Below are positions 35,008 through 46,815 of a stretch of DNA of 64,000 nucleotides, in pieces. The stretch's first letter is position 1. The number at the start of each line of letters is the position of its first letter. The stretch covers positions 49,042,001 to 49,106,000 of the forward strand of contig CM060732.1 of NCBI GenBank assembly GCA_030704615.1, read 5' to 3'. The translations under genes were made by a program, and so were the position numbers. Source of the stretch: Takakia lepidozioides. Its lineage: Eukaryota > Plantae > Bryophyta. The notes beneath the pieces are model-generated. The model had not been told where the DNA came from. It did not search any database and saw only the letters and a program-made list of their open reading frames with translations.

Positions 35008-37215
35008 GAAGTAAGAAACAGATGGAAAGGTGAGGATCTTCCACAATGCACAAAAAAAATTTGTACATACTGAGGTGAAGAGCAAGAAACAGGACGAAAA
35101 GATGTCCTTGGAAATTACACACGTTTATCGATTGTTCACAGAAATCTTCTTCTTCCGCGTCCAATTCCAGATACCACCCACTCCTTGCGGAGATTTGGAA
35201 TGGAAAGGCGAATAAGAGACGGCCGTGGTTGCTGATTTATCTATTGGTAGCTACATGGACGTACGACATCCATATTGGATGAACATACATGTATCATCCG
35301 TGGACAACCTAAGAGAGACGTATGCCAGAGGTTTTGTGTTGATAACTAGGATTTTCTGGGATTTTCTTTTCTTGTGTTGTAGTTTGTAGCTCCAGGATTA
35401 CCTTCACAGCCTGTATCGATGAATGATTTGTGCGTGTGAGGACTTTGCGCCACCGCTGGAAGAATACTAGTGAGCAAGACATTGTGAATATGGGACAGAA
35501 GGACACACAATTCTGGAGCTTATGCAAACTTCTACAATATGATCTCCACTTTTTGTCAGCCCTCCAAGTAACATGGAGGTCCACGAGTGTTAAGAAAAGT
35601 GATAGCAAAAATACTGAACAAGATCACATGTTGCACTCAATTTCATGATTGGCATGCCCACAAATTGATATCTCCACATGAGTCATTAAATTTATATCCC
35701 AAAGGAACTTGAAATTATGTTCTAATTTATGAACTAATTTATCTCTAAGTTCGTCACCTTGTCTACCACGTTAGCTAGACCCCCAACTGAACTTTGTTTT
35801 CTCTCTGCATTTTACTTGTGTTTGTGAGAGAGAAAAGCTCGCTTGAATCTTGAAACACATGATGACCCTTTCCCATATTGCATACACTAAAACACACCAT
35901 GATCGATGTGTTCAGTCTAAGTAAATCTCTAGAGGTCCTTTTTGTAGAATCCATCAGCCACTGGACCTAGAACTTGTGACTAAACTATAAACAAGAGATC
36001 AAAGCACTGTCACATACTAATGCTCTTGTATTCAGGCCCTTTACATCTAGCAAGGCGGGGAAATTAACACCTTTCCCTATAAGCCATGAAGCACACAAAT
36101 TAAAAGACACTGGTCATCCCAAACTGGCATCATGAATGATATGTTTTCAGAAATAAGTCTAGAACTGTGCTTGTTGCTTTTGTAATTTAATAGAACATCA
36201 GCCACTGTCTACTTTCTACTCAACTATGGACAAGAGATCAAAGCAGCCTTGGCACACACTGGCCGTGCACCTTCTTGCTTGGTAACCAAGGTAGGAACCG
36301 CTTTTTTTGTAACAACGTGACCGTCGACACGCTCGCACTCGTCGATCCATTCGCTGTATAGGTCGATGGGCTGTGTCAAGTTATCCACCTTGGTAGCGTA
36401 TGTCGCAAAGCAGATGCTACAATCAACCTGCCCAAATTTATCCTTCTTAAATATTGTACAAGACACACTGTCACGATGATTGCAGAAGGGGCACGTGAAA
36501 CTCGTAGCAAGCTTCGGCTGAACCTTCCTGACCTGTCGCAGCTGCCCTGTTGATTTTCTCTTCCCCATTCTCCTTCTATATATCGAGTACTCCCAGAGAG
36601 ATTTATCCCCAGAAACGCTCACCCTAACAATACTCTACTTCTGTTCGCGGATCACCAACTTTCAAGATATCGAGGATGAGCCTACAGCCCTGGCCCTGTT
36701 GGGGTCTGTTAATGCAGATGGCTGGGCAGTTCCCACACAGCAGAGTGATGCTTGTGAGAAAGGCTTTCTACCGTGCGGCTTTATACTAGGTGCGTCCCGA
36801 GGCCATGTTTAAAATAACCCAAGTCTATTTTCTTTTACTTTTACTTTTACTTTTACTTTTTCCCGAGTCTCGTTTCTTTTTCTTATTCTTATTCTTTTTA
36901 AAGAGAGGCGAGTTGAAGTAGAATGATATAATTTGGTCAAGATTGGATGTTCTAAGCGTTGAGGAATGTAAGGTTTTCTCGACTGCGCAATTGATGCACC
37001 TCTAAACGTTTGGGGAGGTCTCATTCCAGTAGAGCTGGCATTGCTTGAGCGTCCACATCATCCCTATTATACATCACTCCCTCGGAACGAAGGCACCTGG
37101 CATTGCTGGTCACAACGTCTCAATCCAAGAGTGGCCCCCGAGTTTAGTCAGGCACGTCGCTAAATTAAGAAATCGTTCAAATTTAGATCGATCGATCACC
37201 TTTTTGATCCCAACC
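35008..37215. repeat. Left arm of a ~2.2-kb inverted duplication (right arm 42182-44361)
   Basis: Reverse-complement near-identity along the whole arm; paired ORFs 35030/44148, 35309/43664 and 36224/42728. Confidence 0.92.
36224..36568 (-). CDS. ELF1: Transcription elongation factor 1 homolog (zinc ribbon), intronless, 114 aa
   Basis: MGKRKS..KLATSFTCPFCNH..SVSC..CSIC..L.QPIDLYSEWIDECE. Confidence 0.85.
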   Translation of the reverse strand: MGKRKSTGQLRQVRKVQPKLATSFTCPFCNHRDSVSCTIFKKDKFGQVDCSICFATYATKVDNLTQPIDLYSEWIDECERVDGHVVTKKAVPTLVTKQEGARPVCAKAALISCP

Positions 37216-37500
37216 AACTTTTGTCTACAAATGCACAACCCCAAATACCAAAATAGCATCGATCGATGGCTTTGCTTCTGATTATCGCCCTCGAGCCTAC
37301 GCAGATTGTACAAGCAGGGAAAACCGCAGGGCAAGAATTTTACGCAGCAAGGCGAACAGGCACAGTCGAACTCAAACTCAAAGAGAAAAACGATCTGGAC
37401 AAGCTGGCCAGCAGCTGCAAATCCAACGCCTGAGCACTGGATTCCGAGAGAGACAAAGAGCTGCAACTCAGATTAATGCCACTTTGAGCCAGATTAATGC

Positions 37501-38650
37501 CAGCCTGTTATAAATGGATCTCTTTGCACATGTCCATGGTGGGCCCGGGGCCATTTCCTAACATTTTTATCTTCTTCATACGGATCGAAGCCATGTAATA
37601 CTTGTCGTAAACGAAGAATATGCAGAAACTACTTCTGTGTTGATTGTCATGAAGGACATCTTTGTGATATGGAGTTTACAGTTCCTAGCAACGCCCACTT
37701 TAGTCATCGTCGCCTGCAAATACGAAAAGCCTCAAACAGAAACGCAGTTCGTAGCGTCGACATCTGCGAACTTGTTGAGGTGGCAGGAATTCAGGAGTAC
37801 ATTATCAATGACCATACATTTTCCTTTCTTTCCGCTTCACCCGGGAAGAAAGAACGAGTTGTGGCCCAGTCCAAGAAGTCTGGAGCGACGGACCCCAGGG
37901 CACTTTGCAGCACTTGTAAATGGAAATTGATCAAGGCACGCTCACCGCACGAGGACAGAAACATTCTGCTGTCCCTTCCATCTGGTGAGCCCACGCAGCT
38001 CCTGCCAACGAACTTGAGCAAGCAGCAAGGCGGTTTACTGTTTTGCTCCTTAGAGTGCAAGCTGCTGGGTCTGGACACAACTAGCGATCTAATCAGAACT
38101 TCTAGCCAGATTCAAGGAGGACAAGAGGAGGGCGACGAGAGAATCCATGTCCATATTGTAGGTGCACAAGCGTGCTTAGGAGCGTTTCCCCCAGGTGCAT
38201 CTTTTGACAGTGCCATCAACGCAACACTTACCCCGGCGGCGTTGTTACCTGAGGAATGTGTGCCACCGAAGAAGCGCCGGTCTTACGTACGCCCTGCTAT
38301 CATAGAAGCAGAGGAGGAGGACGAGAGAATCCAGGCATCCTTCAATAGTGTCGGGGCACAATTACCGTGCTAAGGAGCGCTTCCTGGAAAAGCTGCAGGT
38401 CCTGAAGATTCAAGCAAGGCATGCAGGAGACTAAACGATGAATTAGTCGCACCCTCTACTCTTTGTGGATTCAAAATCTACATAAGGAGCCCAGCTATCG
38501 TACCTGCACCTTCTGACGATGCCAGCATCTCAACACTTACAACCTCGGTCAGACGGTAGGAGGAGTGTTTGCCTCCAAAGAAGCGTCCATATTCTCAGTT
38601 ATGACAGAAGCAGATCAGACGCAAGCACAAGAGCAATCCGTGGCTATGAA
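37501..38650 (+). pseudogene. PLATZ zinc-binding transcription factor-like gene, intronless, with premature stops
   Basis: CRNYFCVDC..HLC..H.SHRRLQIRK..VR..I..V.GIQEYIIN..CSTCKWKL..FCSLECK; no in-frame ATG before the domain; stops at 38371 and ~38556; degenerate C-terminal RRK..P motif at ~38620. Confidence 0.75.
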
Positions 38651-40299
38651 GAGACTCAAGTGCTGACGCCAGCGTTGAGACTAGGGATCAGGGCTCATCC
38701 ACTGCGTAATCTCCACTCGTTTGCAGAACTAGTGCGTTGTGGCAACAGAGTAGTGCAGGCGTAGTGCATCCCATGCAGACAATTGATGCATTCAAACAAT
38801 CGCCCACTTGAGTATGTGTGTGGGTGCCAAGTGCCAACTCTTTATAAGTCTGGATTAAATGTCGAAAGTCTGTAAATGTGAGTAACTTAAATTGTACTAT
38901 GAAGTAGACCTAATAAATATGAGCACTGTGCTCGGAAAAATTGGATATCTTTCACACTGTACAGGTCTGACTTGCACTAGATTAGGGTAATCCAAGGGAG
39001 TTCAATCAATTGATCAAGACCCCTTGAATTTGGTTACATGCTTACAGTAACATGTAAATCTGTTCAGTCCATGAGGCAGCGAGGGTTTTTCCCTGTGTGA
39101 TCGGATTGCTTTCTTTTCTCTTGTACTGGTGTTACTGTTGTCCTCACATTGTCGATGTTGTTGAATGAGAGGGGAATTAGAGTGATCTTGAGTGGGTATG
39201 AGCGAAATAAACACAAGTTGGCGGCCCAGTCTAACTAAATTGGGGAGGGGAGAAACATGGAAGTACGTTGGAGTAGACTCAGATACACAAAATAATGTGA
39301 GGTAGCTTAAAAATGTTCCCATTGTATTAGTTAATGAGGTTAGAGGTTAGAGTGGTGACTAGTCTGTGGTAGAGCAGCCTGAGTAAAGACAAGCTACAAT
39401 TTGTTTTGTTTACTGGCAAACTATCTCCGCTTTGCATAATTGTTCAGTTTTGTTGAAATTCTTGGTAGAGACTAGAGACAGTCACATTAAGGATGGCTAC
39501 AAAGCACCATGTCACTCATCAACACTGAAAACAATTGGACATAGACAGTTGATAATAGGTATCTTCATCAGACTGCATTGGAGAGACTGCAAATAATCCA
39601 CTTGATGTTGGGCAGCATGAATGAAGTTAGTCGCTGGTGTTAAGATACAGTCAATGAAGTTAGCGATTGCACACCTCACTGTACATTCGCCACTCCAGGA
39701 TGGCACAACCTTGTCGTCATCCGTTCACGATCGGAATTCATTCATCCGGAAACTGTAAAAAGAAGCGGGAAGCTCGCAGCAGTTGAACGTTTTCTTCTTC
39801 GCTGTTTCTGACAAGCGCAGCTCCGGCTGCCATCCATCCATCCATCCATCCATCCATCGCGCACTGGACGTTGGGGCAGGCCATGGCGTGAAGCCAATGA
39901 GAGATCTGTGCATCTATCGGTCCGGTTCTTTCTACTGCTACATGCTATGCTAATTATGCGCTGTAATGCAACAGATCTTCCCAGCAAGGATGTGTGGACT
40001 GATGACGGGGGCTAAAATTCAGCCAATAAACTGCCTCTCTGTACCTGATACATGATGTGCTGCTTGAACCTTGCTGCTTGTTATCATATTTCGACCACCT
40101 GTGTGCCTTCTGGACATCGTCATGTTCACTTAAGAATGGTTAGTCTGGTGTTTTCTTAGTGCCTTGTGGTACGGACGGCGGTGACAATACTGAGGTGTGT
40201 GCTCATTCGTTATATCCGTATGTGTGTGTATGTGTGTGTGTGTGTGTGAGATACACACACACGCAGACAGAGAAAAGGAGAGAATAGACCTCTCGCTTA

Positions 40300-41996
40300 C
40301 CATAGACGTAGCAATTTGGAGTGTCGAGGAAGCACAATCTACTGTATTCGTAAACTGTTGTACCCTACGCGAATATGCATTGGACTGGCTTTGCGTTCTG
40401 AACAGTATCATGACATACATTATGGATGCCAACGAGGAGGAGCGTGCCAAGGTAAGGTTCTTTTTGTTGAAATCTCCGTACGTATGTGTCCATTCACCTC
40501 TAGATCTAAAAGTCGTTGCACATGCATAGGGAGGATTCCCGAGGATCTGCATAGATCACAATACATTACCTTCAGACGGCTTGACTTCCAATTGCTATGG
40601 CCCCGAGGGACCCCGGGTCCCCCTAAAGCTTTAATCATGTTGTTAACAGGTTTGAATGATGAGCTGAATGTGGTCTGAGACTGTGAATGTTAAATTTGAT
40701 GCTCCTTATCGAGAGGTCATTCTTCTGTATGTTTTGTGCGCATGCAGGGCCACAGAATCGACATCTCTAGTACGGTCGATCTGACATTAATGGAGTTTTG
40801 GTAAGCATTCTCTAGAATCTACTGGTCACTTGGTTGGCCATTTTGTATATATTAGAGAGAGAGAGAGAGCTATGAGGGGCTACCCTTTGTATGTTGTTCA
40901 CTTAACTAGCCCTGGTTCTCTCTCACATGAAACACAAATGACAATTTCTGACACCTTTATAAGATGATTCGGGGAAAGAACATTTGTTAATCAGTACTTA
41001 TTGGTAGCGACTCTGGGACATAAAAGGTACCAAACACCAAAATGAACTCTATTGTGCTCCTATTGTGACCAAAAACATTTATGATGTAGCACCTCCTTGC
41101 GTGGCTGAGGTACTTGAATCGAAATTTTTGCAGGCCCTGACACGCTGCAACTCCGCACTGCGGTTGCTTCTGTCACTTCATTCCCTTCGCTCTGCAGGTG
41201 GGCTAGCTACTCCATCTCTATCCGTGATGTCCTAATATGAGGTTGCTTCTTTCTACACAGAACAATAGTTGAAAATGTAGTATGTAGAGGATCGAATAGA
41301 CTTGGGAGCAAAAACAGGGGCTACTTGGAAAATATTACATAAGCGTGATGAACTAGCTCTTTTAGGAACTTGACCATTGGAACACCTCCGATGTAAGAGA
41401 AAGTGAAGAAAGCTAGGAGCCCGTTAGTATGAGATTCTGGTCCGCCTCTTCGAGGAGATTGAACCAACTGGTTGAATTGTATTTCTGCAGGAAATTCTAA
41501 AACAACAACACTGGAGCCAACAGTGGGCCATGAGGCAGTCATGGACTTGCCAGAGGTACCTGTAGGGCCTCCTTCATTCATATGTACCACTAAAGTAGTA
41601 CAAATTATGCGCGGGCCTGTGGACGTGGTGTATATTCTCTTAGATGTACAAATTTAATTGGCAGAGACTTTGTAGCAAATCTTAGGCTCCAGGTGTATAC
41701 AATTTCAGAATATGGATCAATGACTACATTGGGGAAAGAGGAGCACCGGCATGCTATGGTATGTCCCATTCTCATGGCAATACCTTACATGTCGGAGTAA
41801 GTGTGCATGTTCACAGAGGTATGAGCGACTGGTAGGAGCCATACGACTACTGGAAGAAGAATTGCAAGCGGAGCGCCAGAAATCCCAGAGGCACCATGCA
41901 TGCCAATTCCAGGCCGATATTGCCCGACTGTTTCTTTTCGTGGGAGGCATTCTTGCTGTCATGGCAGTCTGCTACCATGAATTGCCTCCTACTTAA
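40300..41996 (+). CDS. Putative multi-exon gene ending in coiled coil + transmembrane helix + HELPPT (plant KASH-like tail)
   Basis: Series of GT-AG-bounded segments (~40451 donor, 40749-40800, ~41491-41555, ~41710-41758, last exon ~41817-41996); last exon RYERLVGAIRLLEEELQAERQK..IARLFLFVGGILAVMAVCYHELPPT*; upstream exon structure uncertain. Confidence 0.4.
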
Positions 41997-42037
41997 GAGC
42001 AAAAAATATGTTGAAAGTTCCACGTGCGGGTATATAT

Positions 42038-42165
42038 CAGTGTTGTGCGGGTAGTTCCATTTTAAGGAACCCGCCGGGTCCGGGTTCGGGTAGTTTTTTG
42101 GAGCATAGTCCGGGTTCGGGTCCGGGTTTTTGAAAATTGGAAAATCCGGGTCCGGGTTCGGGTTT
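42038..42165 (+). mobile_element. Solo hAT-like terminus with (CCGGGT/TCGGGT)n subterminal repeats
   Basis: CAGTGTTGTGCGGGTAGTT followed by three clusters of ccgggtccgggttcgggt. Confidence 0.6.
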
Positions 42166-42181
42166 ATATATGTTGAAATGA

Positions 42182-44361
42182 GGTTGGGATAAAAAAGGCG
42201 ATCGATCTAAAGTTGGAGTGAAACGATTTCTTAATTTAGCGACGTGCCTGACTAAACTCGGGGGCCACTCTTGGATTGAGACGTTGTGACTTGTGACCAG
42301 TAATGCCAGGTGCCTTCGTTCCGAGGGAGTGATGTATAATAGGGATGATGTGGACGCTCAAGCAATGCCAGCTCTACTGGAATGAGACCTCCCCAAACGT
42401 TTAGAGGTGCATCAACTTCCTGAATTTGACAATGCAAGTACGCCTCTCTTTAAAAAGAAAAAGAAAAAGAAAAAGAAACGAGACTCGGGAAAAAGTAAAA
42501 ATAAAAGTAAGAGCAAATAGACTTGGGTTATTCTAAACATGGCCTGGGGAGTCGGGACGCACCTAGTATAAAGCCGCACGGTAGAAAGCCTTTCTCAAGC
42601 ATCACTCTGCTGTGTGGGAACTGCCCAGCCATCTGCATTAAGAGACCCCAACAGGGCCAGGGCTGTAGGCTCATCCTCGATATCTTGAAAGTTGGTTATC
42701 CGCGAACAGAAGTAGAGTATTGTTAGGGTGAGCGTTTCTGGGGATAAATCTCTCTCGGAGTACTCGATACATAGAAGGAGAATGGGGAAGAGAAAATCAA
42801 CAGGGCAGCTGCGACAGGTCAGGAAGGTTCAGCCGAAGCTTGCTACGAGTTTCACGTGCCCCTTCTGCAATCATCGTGACAGTGTGTCTTGTACAATATT
42901 TAAGAAGGATAAATTTGGGCAGGTTGATTGTAGCATCTGCTTTGCGACATACGCTACCAAGGTGGATAACTTGACACAGCCCATCGACCTATACAGCGAA
43001 TGGATCGACGAGTGCGAGCGTGTCGACGGTCACGTTGTTACAAAAAAAGCGGTTCCTACCTTGGTTACCAAGCAAGAGGGTGCACGGCCAGTGTGTGCCA
43101 AGGCTGCTTTGATCTCTTGTCCATAGTTGAGTAGAAAGTAGACAGTGGCTGATGTTCTATTATATTACAAAAGCAACAAGCACATTTCTAGATTTATTTC
43201 TGAAAACATATCATTCATGATGCCGGTTTGGGATGACCAGTGTCTTTTAATTTGTGTGCTTCATGGCTTACAGGGAAAGGGGTTAATTTCCCCGCCTTGC
43301 TAGATGTAAAGGGCCTGAATACAAGAGCATTAGTATGTGACAGTGCTTTGATCTCTTGTTTATAGTTTAGTCACAAGTTCTAGGTCCAGTGGCTGATGGA
43401 TTCTACAAAAAGGACCTCTAGAGATTTACTTAGACTGAACACATCGATCATGGTGTGTTTTAGTGTATGCAAAATGGGAAAGGGTCATCATGTGTTTCAA
43501 GATTCAAGCGAGCTTTTCTCTCTCACAAACACAAGTAAAATGCAGAGAGAAAACAAAGTTCAGTTGGGGGTCTAGCTAAAGTGGTAGACAAGGTGACGAA
43601 CTTAGAGATAAATTAGTTCATAAATTAGAACATAATTTCAAGTTCCTTTGGGATATAAATTTAATGACTCATGTGGAGATATCAATTTGTGGGCATGCCA
43701 ATCATGAAATTTGTTCAGTATTTTTGCTATCACTTTTCTTAACACTCGTGGACCTCCATGATACTTGGAGGGCTGACAAAAAGTGGAGATCATATTGTAG
43801 AAGTTTGCATAAGCTCCAGAATTGTGTGTCCTTCTGTCCCATATTCACAATGTCTTGCTCACTAGTATTCTTCCAGCGGTGGCGCAAAGTCCTCACACGC
43901 ACAAATCATTCATCGATACAGGCTGTGAAGGTAATCCTGGAGCTACAAACTACAACACAAGAAAAGAAAATCCCAGTTTATCAACAGAAAACGAAAACAA
44001 AAATCCCAGAAAATCCTAGTTATCAACACAAAACCTGTCATACGTCTGTCTTAGGTTGTCCACGGATGATACATGTACGTTCATCCAATATGGATGTCGT
44101 ACGTCCATGTAGCTACCTATAGATAAATCAGCAACCATGGCCGTCTCTTATTCGCCTTTCCATTCCAAATCTCCGCAAGGAGTGGGTGGTATCTGGAATT
44201 GGACGCGGAAGAAGAAGATTTCTGTGAACGATGGATAAACGTGTGTAATCCAGCCTTCCAAGGACATCTTTTCGTCCTGTTTCTTGCTCTTCACCTCAGT
44301 CGGTACAAATCTTTTTTGTGCATTGTGGAAGATCCTCACCTTTCCACCTGTTTCTTACTTC
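42182..44361. repeat. Right arm of the ~2.2-kb inverted duplication
   Basis: Reverse complement of 35008-37215 with scattered SNPs and small indels. Confidence 0.92.
42782..43126 (+). CDS. ELF1: Transcription elongation factor 1 homolog, second copy (identical protein)
   Basis: Same 114-aa translation as 36224-36568. Confidence 0.85.
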   Translation: MGKRKSTGQLRQVRKVQPKLATSFTCPFCNHRDSVSCTIFKKDKFGQVDCSICFATYATKVDNLTQPIDLYSEWIDECERVDGHVVTKKAVPTLVTKQEGARPVCAKAALISCP

Positions 44362-45559
44362 AGAGCGACATTCCGTCTAGAGCTCCCAAGTTCCCTATCG
44401 ACACTCTTGAACAAGTCATTTAAATGCGTCAATAATGGATGCGTCATTGTGTGCTAATTGGTGTGGTGCATATCAATTATTGCGCAAGGCATAAATGCGG
44501 GAGATCTCAAAACACTACAGGATGCTGATATCTTCACTTCCAACGGATTGATGATGTATACCAAGAAGGTCGTACTTGCCTTTCAACACTGTCTGCATTT
44601 CCCACTCGCATGATGCATCAACTCCGAGTGGATCAAACAGTGCTCATCTTTAATTGCGTTGACAGATTCAAGGTCAGAGCAGACCTACATGGATGAGGTA
44701 TCCAAGGGGGAAATTGATGTAAATATTATGACACACCAAGAAGCCACACAAACTTGCTCTGGGGTGAGTAGTGCATCATGGAGGAAAATGAAGGGAGGGA
44801 AAGACACTTGCCAGCATGCAATCGTCTAGGAAAATTGTTATCATGGCTTACTGCAGTGGTCAGAATTCTTAAGCACTGATTGCAGCACACTTCCTCAATG
44901 CAGCAGTGAAACAAAGTAGAAGTGAGGAAGGTCAACACAGCATTGCCCTTGCTGAAGATTACACTTAGTCCCTACAAAATATTAGGCCTTGGCCTTGGCC
45001 CCTAAGATGCTTGATCACAAAGCTTTCACCCTATCTTCCTATTATGTGCTGGATACACTCGAAAGGGGGGTTGCTATTCCATGAGCTCATGAGCGGGCAT
45101 GGCTCACCCATGAGCCGCAAAGTAACACACTTCGAATTTCGGCAGATTTTTTTCAGGCCCAAAACTATAAAATAATCGAAAGTAGTATAAGAAGAGAAGG
45201 TTTTCGAAGATTTCCCCGCTCATGCTGGAAGCACTCCGCTCATAAGTACCAGTGTCCGCTCATGACTTCGAGCGCAAGCTCATGGACCGCCAGGCCAGGT
45301 CATAGAAAAACTGAATTCTGGGCAATAACGGCACCGAAATTATCCCAAAGGAAGAGACGCAAGCGGAATTAGGATCCGGGTTTGCAGGCTCCGAAAACGC
45401 AATGGCGACCTATAACCGCACACATGTCGGAGGAAATAGAAGTTCTGCCGCATACGACATTGGCAGTGCAGCAATGATATATCCCTCTTCCGCCGGCCTC
45501 GCTCTCATTTTGCTCTTCACTCTTATCTGCTGTGCCCATCTCCTCCCTGCTTTGAGTTC

Positions 45560-45979
45560 TTGCTGTGTCGTGAGGCCATGTCGTGCCCGAATCACATCTA
45601 TCGACGCCAGACGGGAGTCATTGTCTCGAAAGCAGACGACATCATTGTCTTCCTAGATGTTTACAGGGACGATCCTCGACTTGTCCAGCTGAGAGCAATG
45701 GAGTTTCTTCCAGGATTGCACGATTCTCCTGGACCCCGGCTGGGGAGCAGGTGGTTCCTGCGCATCATGGACCTGGACTTTCCGCTGGAGTGGGAGCCGA
45801 ACAGATCACGCACAGCGTTGTTGTATCGCTGGAACTGTTGCGAGTGGACGTATGATGAGTGCATAGGTGAAAACTTCACGCGTGGACGGACTGGCTCGGA
45901 AAGTGGGGACATTCTCTTCAGTTATGAGGATGAGGAAGAGGGGAACACAGGGCCCACTGTGAAAATGTCCTTCTACTAA
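45560..45979 (+). CDS. Hypothetical protein, orphan cargo ORF of the MULE
   Basis: 139-aa open frame with globular-looking composition near the left terminus; no recognised motif. Confidence 0.3.
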   Translation: MLCREAMSCPNHIYRRQTGVIVSKADDIIVFLDVYRDDPRLVQLRAMEFLPGLHDSPGPRLGSRWFLRIMDLDFPLEWEPNRSRTALLYRWNCCEWTYDECIGENFTRGRTGSESGDILFSYEDEEEGNTGPTVKMSFY

Positions 45980-46815
45980 GGGGGCGCTATCGATAAACAC
46001 GACATCCTCGTTAGTTTCAGCCGGACGACAGAAACCGCTGACATTTTGTTCAAATATCAGCACCCGGTCACTTAGGAGGTCCTTGAGAGGCCAGTTCGAG
46101 TTCCTTCTTCTTGGGCGAGGGGACCATAGGTCTTGCATGCTAGAGTAGACATGTTTCGACTCGCCGACACTCATGGCACATACATTTTGATTCAGAAATC
46201 AAGTAGCTTCCCTGTGCCATATGGGGAATATACATGCTTGGATAATCTTCTGTTAAGGTTTTTTGCAATTCACTGCCAGAATGTTGGGATGTGTCCTTTG
46301 TCATGTGGATTGCTGTTTGCACAAAGTGCAGTATGCAAATGCTGGAATGTGCAGTAGGACCCTTCCCACTGGGACACAGAACTAGCAATCTTGTAAAGGC
46401 ATCACATTTGCAGAACATTGACAATGTATTGGTAGCAAATTGGAGTCTTCTCATAAAGGTGGACGAAAACGCCAGGATGGGCTGCGAAATCACCACAAAT
46501 TGAATGAAGAGCAGTAACAAGGAAGCACTATGCAGTATACAGACCAATAACGACGCTGAAATAGGCCACAATGCCCGTGTATCTCCACACAATGTATGCT
46601 TTCCTCGGATCCATTAATAGACATAACCAAAATAAAAAAAAGCATGTCCATGCCATTCACGGCCAAAAACCACATTCTCATGTATTGCGGCACCGAAATG
46701 TACCTGGAGCCGTGGCGGTGCGGCACCACCAAGTGTATAATTCCTCACAAAAAAATAGGGTGCAAGAAGATGAATGTAATATAATTGCCACTTTCTCCTT
46801 CTCGAATGTGGAATG

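Noticed and set aside
39830-40870. (CATC)n, (GT)n and (GA)n tracts; also poly-C at 3910-3945
   Set aside because: Ordinary microsatellites and homopolymers; the poly-Pro/Gly ORFs they create are artefacts
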